NCBI GenBank assembly: GCA_951812855.1
Contig: OX638337.1
Span: 1,710,001-1,742,000 of the forward strand
Length of the DNA stretch: 32,000 nucleotides
Direction: 5' to 3'
Source of the DNA: an uncultured Lentisphaeria bacterium
GTDB taxonomy: Bacteria > Verrucomicrobiota > Lentisphaeria > JABSQK01 > JAJFLO01
Both the position numbers and the translations under genes were made by a program. Positions 25,659 through 32,000 of the stretch are shown piece by piece. Below the pieces are notes generated by a model. The model saw nothing but the letters and a program-made list of their open reading frames with translations, was not told where the DNA came from and searched no databases. How positions within the stretch are numbered: position 1 is the first letter of the stretch; the number at the start of each line of letters is the position of its first letter.

Positions 25659-27932
25659 TTAAAGGCAGGCAGCAACCTTTTCAATCGTATCCTTCTTTAA
25701 CATTAAATCTGCACGTTTAATGCATTCATCACAATCTAACTGAGAAATTTTTTCTTGAACTTTGGGCATGTATCGTGGATCTATGCTTAACGTACGAATA
25801 CCGATCCCGAGAAGAAATGGAATGTATTTTTCTTCATGTGCCATTTCACCGCAAATAGAAAGATCAATTTTATGTTTAAGTGCAGCTTTCGCTATTTTCT
25901 TTAATGACCGTAAAACCGAGGGATGATGGGGAGTATAGTATGATGAAACAATCGCATTATTTCGATCTACGGCGAGCATGTATTGTATAAAGTCATTTGT
26001 CCCGATACAGAAAAAATCTGCCTCTCTTGCAAGTTCGTCAATGATTTCAATAACAGAAGGAGTTTCAATCATTATTCCAATTTTTGGTGAAGAGAAATGC
26101 GGGATATTTTCACTTTTTAATGATTTTAAAGATTTTAAAATCTGTTTCTTTGCTTCCTTAAACTCATCAACTGAAGAAATCATCGGAAACGTGATTCGCA
26201 AATCCAATGCGTTTTTCCCCCCGCGCAAAATTGCACGTAACTGCTGCTGAAATAGATCTTTGTGGCTTAAAGAAAAACGGATGGATCTCATGCCCAAATT
26301 GGGATTATTCTCTTTTAGATTATCATAGTAGGCCAGGACTTTTTCACCGCCTATATCAAGCGTCCGGATATTAATTGATTTTTTTGGCATCTGATCAATA
26401 ATGGAAGAGTATATCACCGTTTGTTCTTCTTCAGTAGGAAAGTTAGATCGGACCATAAAGGAAAACTCTGTTCGGTATAATCCAACTCCTTCAGATTTAA
26501 AGTCATTTGCTAATTTTATGTCGAGATGAAGATTAATATTTGCTAATAGATGAATTTGTTTACCATCTTTTGAATATGATGCGGGTTTAATCCGAGGTTT
26601 TGACTGAGAAAGCGATGACAGTACTCTTTTTCGTTCATTATACGTGGAAATTAACTTTTTATCTGGATTGATATAAATTGCACCCAACTCGGCATCAAGC
26701 AAAATAAGGGTATCATCGGGAATTTTCTTCAGTTGTATCTTATCAGCGATGACTAACGGGATTTGCAGTGAGCGGGCTAAAATCGATATATGAGATGTAA
26801 CACCTCCGGAAATCAAGATAATTCCACTTACTTCATCGGACGACAATCGCAGAATGTCAGAGGGAAAAAGATCCTCTGCTATGACGATCCGTCCCTTCCA
26901 GTTCGTGACAGCCTGACCTTCTTTTCCCACTAAATTATCAAACAGTCTTCTGGCAAGATCTTCAACGTCTTTGGATTTTTCTTGCATATAAACATTTGAT
27001 CCCTCAGAAAACATCCGAATATACTTATTCGCAACTGCCAATATTGCGTCCGGGGGATTGCTGCCATTATTAATACGCTTTACCATTGATCCGGTAAATT
27101 CTTTGTCTTTGAGCATTAATATATGGGCTTCAAATATCAATGAAGCAACTCCGGATAACTTGTTCTCCACCTGTTCCTGCAATTCTTCAAGCTGAATTTC
27201 TGTTTTTGAAACGGCGTTTTTAAATTCCTTCAGAGAATACGTTTTAGCATAAGTTTGTTTTTTTAGATTCTGGTATGGTTTTCCTTCATCAATTATCGAA
27301 ATATTGGCTAATGCAATGCCTTCAGATGCAACTTCTGCATGGATAAATTTTAGATCCTCGGCAATTTCTAACTGATTTTTCTCCTTTTTCTTTGCATGCA
27401 GGGCCATTAGAATTCTTGAGTTTTCAATTGCACCGGCTAATTGAGATGTTATTGCTTTTAGCGCCATAATATCGTTTTCACCGAAAGAATTCTCTTCTTC
27501 CCGCTGTACGACCAATGCACCAATGTTTTCCAATCCTCGTTGAATTGGTATGGCCAGGAAAGACTCAAAAGCTTCTTCGTTAATGCCTGGAAATAATTTG
27601 TAATGTGGGTTTTGGCTTGCTATTCTTTCGCAGATTGGTCGTTGCTCTTTCATCGCCAGACCAACGAGTCCTTCACCAATTTTCAAGCGGGTTTTATTAA
27701 CTGAACGTTTATGAAGTCCCAGAGTTGCTTTTAAGACCAATTCCCGGGATAGGTCATCAAACATATAAATTGAGCAGACAGCAGCGTCAATATGTTTTGC
27801 AACGAGCATTACGATTTGTTGAAGAAAGGCCTCAATATCATCACTGCCTGCGAATAGAGCATTAAGTTCTCCAATGTCGCACAACAGCCCGAGGTGGCTG
27901 TTCCCCACATTTGTTGTCGATTGTTTTGCCAT
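25659..27932 (-). CDS. ptsP: Phosphoenolpyruvate-protein phosphotransferase PtsP (GAF-domain Enzyme I, EI-Ntr type)
   Basis: 757 aa. The N-terminal GAF domain reads FLQQIVMLVAKHIDAAVCSIYMFDD..RELVLKATLGL......RLKIGEGLVGL. The Enzyme I phospho-His domain is GGVTSHISILARSLQIPLVIA. The PEP-utilising TIM barrel shows GLYRTEF, IRTLDIGGEK, NPNLGMRSIR and FFCIGTNDFIQY. Confidence 0.93.
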   Translation of the reverse strand: MAKQSTTNVGNSHLGLLCDIGELNALFAGSDDIEAFLQQIVMLVAKHIDAAVCSIYMFDDLSRELVLKATLGLHKRSVNKTRLKIGEGLVGLAMKEQRPICERIASQNPHYKLFPGINEEAFESFLAIPIQRGLENIGALVVQREEENSFGENDIMALKAITSQLAGAIENSRILMALHAKKKEKNQLEIAEDLKFIHAEVASEGIALANISIIDEGKPYQNLKKQTYAKTYSLKEFKNAVSKTEIQLEELQEQVENKLSGVASLIFEAHILMLKDKEFTGSMVKRINNGSNPPDAILAVANKYIRMFSEGSNVYMQEKSKDVEDLARRLFDNLVGKEGQAVTNWKGRIVIAEDLFPSDILRLSSDEVSGIILISGGVTSHISILARSLQIPLVIADKIQLKKIPDDTLILLDAELGAIYINPDKKLISTYNERKRVLSSLSQSKPRIKPASYSKDGKQIHLLANINLHLDIKLANDFKSEGVGLYRTEFSFMVRSNFPTEEEQTVIYSSIIDQMPKKSINIRTLDIGGEKVLAYYDNLKENNPNLGMRSIRFSLSHKDLFQQQLRAILRGGKNALDLRITFPMISSVDEFKEAKKQILKSLKSLKSENIPHFSSPKIGIMIETPSVIEIIDELAREADFFCIGTNDFIQYMLAVDRNNAIVSSYYTPHHPSVLRSLKKIAKAALKHKIDLSICGEMAHEEKYIPFLLGIGIRTLSIDPRYMPKVQEKISQLDCDECIKRADLMLKKDTIEKVAACL

Positions 27933-28078
27933 AATCGGTTGATATTATAATGGCAGAATCGAGAAAATCCAGTTATTGGAACAATCTCATTGCTGATTTC
28001 ATGTCTCTGGAAAATCCTTTTTTATGGTGAGATTGTCTGATTTGTTTACTGTAAGTTCTGTTGGGAATTGAATATTTA

Positions 28079-28453
28079 ATTTTCGATCCGTTTCCTACGA
28101 CGAAAAATGCCGGAAGCGGGCTTGGATTTTCCGTGGCCCATTCAATTGTTCAGAATCATGGCGGCGGCTGAAGTAATTGATATTTACAAAAAGGTAAAGG
28201 ATCGAGGAGATGATTTTGATCTTGCTATTTTGGATCTGACAATTTAATTCGGGATGGGTGAAAGGAAACAATAAAGCAATTGTTGGACATTGATCCAAAT
28301 GTAACTGCAATAATTGTCAGTGGTTACGCAAATGATCCCGTGATGGCCGGATATCATAAATATGGTTTAAAGGGGTTGTATCTGAATCGTTTCATTCTGA
28401 GGAATTGTATCGATGTTATCGATAGGGTTATTCAGGAAAATACCAGGCAGTAA
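28079..28453 (+). pseudogene. Decayed hybrid sensor histidine kinase / response-regulator remnant
   Basis: Frame 1 reads IFDPFPTTKNAGSGLGFSVAHSIVQNHGGG*, the end of an HATPase_c domain with its G2 box. This runs directly into receiver-domain sequence split over three frames:
- AEVIDIYKKVKDRGDDFDLAILDLTI*
- ETIKQLLDIDPNVTAIIVSGYANDPVMAGYHKYGLKG
- VVSESFHSEEL

The sensor, the DHp domain, most of the ATPase domain and the first ~45 aa of the receiver are all missing. Confidence 0.8.
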
Positions 28454-28554
28454 TCCTGAATCTCTGCGAGAACAAGCAGTGACATGACTCTTGGCGAGTC
28501 TCTGGTTATCTAACTATATGGTTTACAGGTCCCGGGGGCAATGGATGTTGGGAT

Positions 28555-29721
28555 TTAAGAACCATTATACAATTCGTCAATGATTGCTTTAGCTGCGTTT
28601 TCACTGGGATTGTCAGAGCCTGTCAATTCGGCAACCACGTTATTCATTTCATCAATTACATACTTACGCCGTTCGCCATCTGAAAGTATTGTTTTTACTG
28701 CGGCACTTATTGTATCTGAGTTGGCGTCATCCTGAACATACTCCTGAAATACCTCGGCTTTTGCAATAATGTTGACCATCGTAATATAATCAACGTTTAT
28801 CAATTTTTTCCCCAACCAATAGGTTATTGGGTTTACCCGATATATAACAACCAATGGCAGACCCATTATAGCACTTTGAACGGTGACAGTCCCGGACGCT
28901 GCGATTCCTGCAATGGCTTTTTGCATCCAAAATTCAGTTTTCCCATGGTCAACCGTAATCGGGACTGTTTGGTCTGTTGTTTTAGTTAACTGCCTTAATA
29001 TTTCATTTACTCTGGATTCTATCGCAGGGCGGGGTACAGAAATAACAAATTTGAATGATTTATTCTGTTGACAGAGCTTGTGTGCCGATAGGAACATGGG
29101 TTTTAGAATACGATTAATCTCGCTTGTTCGGCTTCCGGGCAACAGTAAAATGAGATTATCTTCACGTTTGATGGCCGGGTCAATTTTTTCTTTTGTTATG
29201 TTGACCAGAGGATGTCCAACAAAGACAGTTGGTAAATTTACCTGTTCGAAAATCTCTTTTTCAAATGGAAAGATAACCAACATTTTGTTGATCAGTTTTG
29301 CCATTTTCGGAATACGCCTTGATCCCCATGCCCAAACTTGCGGACTGATATAATAGATTATCTTTATTCCACTGTTTTTGATTTTATTGGCAAATCTGAG
29401 ATTAAATCCTGGATAGTCGATTAGAATAATTGCATCCGGTTTATCCTGAATTGCTTTTTTGCTGAGGAAATTAAATATGCGTAGAAATTCCGGCAGGTTT
29501 TTCAACACTTCAACAAGACCAACGACGCCAAGTTCAGCCGAATCAATGAGTATGTCAACTTTCGATGATTTCATTACTCGGCCTCCCATCCCCTGAATTT
29601 TAATATCGGGGATGAGTTTAACCAGTTCTTCAGCTAATTTTCCCCCGTAAATATCGCCGGATTCTTCGCCGGCTAATATCCATACTTTTTTCCTGTTTTC
29701 ATTGATTTTTTCGTATTCCAT
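28555..29721 (-). CDS. lpxB: Lipid-A-disaccharide synthase LpxB
   Basis: 388 aa. VWILAGEESGDIYGGKLAEEL matches the LpxB N-terminal AGE.SGD motif. Also present are DYPGFNLRFA..IK..GIKIIYYISPQVWAWGSRRI, LLPGSR..EI and ASGTVTVQSAIMGLPLVVIYR. Confidence 0.93.
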   Translation of the reverse strand: MEYEKINENRKKVWILAGEESGDIYGGKLAEELVKLIPDIKIQGMGGRVMKSSKVDILIDSAELGVVGLVEVLKNLPEFLRIFNFLSKKAIQDKPDAIILIDYPGFNLRFANKIKNSGIKIIYYISPQVWAWGSRRIPKMAKLINKMLVIFPFEKEIFEQVNLPTVFVGHPLVNITKEKIDPAIKREDNLILLLPGSRTSEINRILKPMFLSAHKLCQQNKSFKFVISVPRPAIESRVNEILRQLTKTTDQTVPITVDHGKTEFWMQKAIAGIAASGTVTVQSAIMGLPLVVIYRVNPITYWLGKKLINVDYITMVNIIAKAEVFQEYVQDDANSDTISAAVKTILSDGERRKYVIDEMNNVVAELTGSDNPSENAAKAIIDELYNGS

Positions 29722-29844
29722 TATATTCTACTTTGGCTGTTACATAGCAACTTGGGATCTGCCGGCAATATATTATGTAACAATATCAATAACAAGAAAT
29801 CAGGGTATCTTGAACCGAATAATAAATGGAGGTACAGATTTAAT

Positions 29845-30303
29845 ATGGAAATTAGTGAGCGTGATGAATTGATAGCCAAACTGATTAGCGAAGGCAATTC
29901 ACTGTCAGATATACAGAAGATTTTAAAAAATGAACATGATATCCAACTAACCTATATGGATTTAAGGATGATTTCTTCTGATTTAGAGGTTAACTGGGAT
30001 AAAATTGATGCATCAAGAGTAAAACCACAAGACAAGATTGTTGATCCGAATAAGGCCGAAGATAAGGGAGAATTAGGCAATGAGGGAGCAAGCGGAACCG
30101 TTGTAACTGTAAGTAAGATTGTTCGTCCGGGAGCTGTTATGAGTGGAGATGTACGGTTTAAATCCGGTGCCACAGCGGAATGGCAGCTTGACCAGTCAGG
30201 ACGTCTGGGACTAAACCCTACAGGTGATTCAGAAAAACCAACTGAAGAAGATATTCAGGATTTTCAAACCGAATTACAAAAGGCACTTCAGGGAAAAATG
30301 TAA
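29845..30303 (+). CDS. Hypothetical protein (152 aa), translationally coupled to the ClpX-like ATPase
   Basis: The likely start is ATG 29845, with ggagg at 29828-29832; the track ORF starts at 29752. An N-terminal helical segment (MEISERDELIAKLISEGNSLSDIQKILKNEHDIQLTYMDLRMISSDLE) is followed by a charged linker and a beta-rich segment (VVTVSKIVRPGAVMSGDVRFKSGATAEWQLDQSGRLGLNP). I do not recognise a family. The stop overlaps the next start (TAATG at 30301-30305). Confidence 0.6.
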   Translation: MEISERDELIAKLISEGNSLSDIQKILKNEHDIQLTYMDLRMISSDLEVNWDKIDASRVKPQDKIVDPNKAEDKGELGNEGASGTVVTVSKIVRPGAVMSGDVRFKSGATAEWQLDQSGRLGLNPTGDSEKPTEEDIQDFQTELQKALQGKM

Positions 30304-31892
30304 TGGCAGACAAAGATAATAACAAACAATTTGAAGAGCTGCAAAAAAACCTGCAATCGTTATTTAAGAACTTAAATACTGATTCAATGTTTGTTCCGAT
30401 GGATAAGAAGTCATCAAAAGAAAACCAGAATTTTTCAGAACCTGACCAGAGTGATAATTCCAATGATAACGAGATATTGGAGAGTATAAGAAATTTTGAT
30501 CTAAAACCCAGAGATGTTAAGAATTTTTTAGATCGATTCGTCATAAAACAGGATGAGGCTAAAAAGGTCTTGTCTGTGGCTGTTTGTGATCATTATAACC
30601 ATGTCCGGTTGTGTTTAGAAAATCCTGAACTCAATGAAAATGAATACACAAAACAAAATATTATTCTTTTGGGGCCGACGGGTGTTGGAAAAACGCATCT
30701 CGTGCGCTGTATTTCAAAGTTGATTGGAGTCCCTTTTGTTAAAGCAGATGCAACGAAATTTTCTGAAACGGGCTATGTCGGTCATGACGCTGAAGATTTG
30801 GTACGAGATTTGGTAAAACTTGCAGACGGTAATAGTAAACTGGCTGAATACGGCATCATATATATTGATGAGATTGATAAGATTGCATTCAGATCAACAG
30901 GTGGACACCGGGACGTTTCGGGTCGGGGAGTTCAAATTAATTTACTAAAGCTAATGGAGGAAACTGATGTCAGTCTGACAAGTCAGACTGATATTGCCGG
31001 GCAAATGGAAGCCATGATGGGGTTTGTAAATAAGGGAAAGAGTGCAAAGAAAAAGACGATAAATACGGCACACATTCTTTTTATCGTCAGTGGTGCATTT
31101 GATAAATTGCCGGAGATGATTCAAAAACGAATTAAAGGCAGTCAGATCGGATTTGACAAAATTAATTCAAGTGAATCAAAGATTAGTGAGTGTCTGTCTT
31201 TAGTAGAAACCAGGGATTTCATCGAATACGGATTTGAACCGGAATTTATCGGCCGGTTACCTGTTCGGGTTTCGTGTGCGTCATTAGTTCCTGACGATTT
31301 GGAAAAGATTTTGATTCAGTCTGAGTCCAGTATTCTTTCTCAGTATAGAACTGATTTTCAGGGATACGGAATAACCATGGACGAAACGATTGATGCGATA
31401 AAAGAAATCGCTGTTCAGGCGGAAAAGGAAAATACCGGTGCACGGGGATTAATGACTGTTCTGGAGCGAATATTCCGGAATTTTAAGTTTGAGTTACCAT
31501 CAACGAACATAAATTCCATTACATTGAATAAAGAAATCGTTGCCAACCCTGAAGACAGTTTGAAAAAATTATTGAAAAAGGTTAAGGAAAAAGGGCACGA
31601 TACAATCCAGAAGGGGATTAATAAATTTACTGAAAACTTTAAAGAAAAACACGGACTGGAACTTATCTTCGACGATAATGCGGTTTCATTTTTGGCAAAA
31701 TCAAAGCTCAAAACAAATCAGTCAATTGTAAAATTGTGTGAAGAAAAATTCCAGGATTTTGAATTTGGTCTGAAGCTTGTTTCAAGGAATACCGGCAAAG
31801 AGAGTTTTGTTATTGATAAAAACGTGATTAAGGACCCGGACAAAGAATTATCGAAATGGGTTGTTGAAAGTTTTCAGAAAACGGACAGCTGA
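30303..31892 (+). CDS. ClpX-like AAA+ unfoldase lacking the N-terminal zinc-binding domain, with an extended C-terminus
   Basis: 529 aa.
- **ClpX/HslU-family motifs:** LDRFVIKQDEAKKVLSVAV; Walker A LLGPTGVGKT; pore-1 loop ATKFSETGYVGHD; Walker B GIIYIDEIDKIA; DVSGRGVQINLLKLMEET; HILFIVSGAF; IGF-like QIGF; FEPEFIGRLPV; sensor-2 TGARGL.
- **N-terminus:** there is no Cys before VAVCDHY, so no C4 zinc finger. The N-terminal 75 aa are Asn/Asp/Ser-rich low complexity.
- **C-terminus:** ~100 aa extra beyond the usual ClpX end. Confidence 0.85.
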   Translation: MADKDNNKQFEELQKNLQSLFKNLNTDSMFVPMDKKSSKENQNFSEPDQSDNSNDNEILESIRNFDLKPRDVKNFLDRFVIKQDEAKKVLSVAVCDHYNHVRLCLENPELNENEYTKQNIILLGPTGVGKTHLVRCISKLIGVPFVKADATKFSETGYVGHDAEDLVRDLVKLADGNSKLAEYGIIYIDEIDKIAFRSTGGHRDVSGRGVQINLLKLMEETDVSLTSQTDIAGQMEAMMGFVNKGKSAKKKTINTAHILFIVSGAFDKLPEMIQKRIKGSQIGFDKINSSESKISECLSLVETRDFIEYGFEPEFIGRLPVRVSCASLVPDDLEKILIQSESSILSQYRTDFQGYGITMDETIDAIKEIAVQAEKENTGARGLMTVLERIFRNFKFELPSTNINSITLNKEIVANPEDSLKKLLKKVKEKGHDTIQKGINKFTENFKEKHGLELIFDDNAVSFLAKSKLKTNQSIVKLCEEKFQDFEFGLKLVSRNTGKESFVIDKNVIKDPDKELSKWVVESFQKTDS

Positions 31893-32000
31893 TTAACTCT
31901 GTTTTGAATAGACGATATCCTGTAATCCATAATAATTTAGTATTCATTTCCTTCTAATCCAATTCTTCAATTTACCATTTCTTCCGAATGGGAATACCTG

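Noticed and set aside
28095-28310. 71-aa minus-strand ORF.
   Set aside because: It is antisense to the kinase/receiver pseudogene, whose plus-strand homology explains the region. It has no motif of its own.
31944-32000. Possible 3' end of a minus-strand gene running off the right edge (…QVFPFGRNGKLKNWIRRK*).
   Set aside because: Only 19 codons are visible, which is too short to support a call.

Overview
The window comes from an AT-rich diderm bacterium. The diderm call rests on lpxB and on an outer-membrane beta-barrel ending in an aromatic residue; the lineage cannot be resolved from sequence alone. Layout, left to right:

- **1-1740:** the 3' ~1.5 kb of a 23S rRNA gene, a 5S rRNA gene and a hairpin terminator, which together form the end of an rrn operon.
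- **1954-3345:** a small graveyard of dead insertion sequences. It opens with a 15-nt poly-G tract and holds remnants of three IS families: IS256 (+), IS21 istA (-) and IS1595 (+). No transposase is intact, and the IS256 piece is visibly more G+C-rich than the host DNA.
- **4022-15026:** an 11-kb accessory surface module of three signal-peptide proteins. These are a 1761-aa protein (duplicated right-handed beta-helix module, two cadherin-like domains, ~650 aa of unassignable beta-rich sequence), a ~358-aa outer-membrane beta-barrel, and a ~1315-aa protein (two PD40/TolB-type propeller blocks interleaved with cadherin-like domains, plus a duplicated C-terminal GWNL...GYW motif domain).
- **15268-31892:** ordinary housekeeping genes. 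In order: MscS-family channel, glutaredoxin-like protein, htpG, a DUF58 + BatA-N/vWA pair with no adjacent MoxR ATPase, queG, glnA, ptsP, a decayed hybrid sensor-kinase/receiver pseudogene, lpxB, and a small unknown protein translationally coupled to a ClpX-like AAA+ unfoldase that has no zinc-binding domain.

The best candidates for something new are the giant-protein/beta-barrel/PD40 module and the small-protein/zinc-finger-less ClpX-like pair. The perfect 3 x 21 bp in-frame repeat (SENGCAN x3) in glnA is the cleanest directly visible oddity. All functional calls come from motif recognition by eye; no database search was run.
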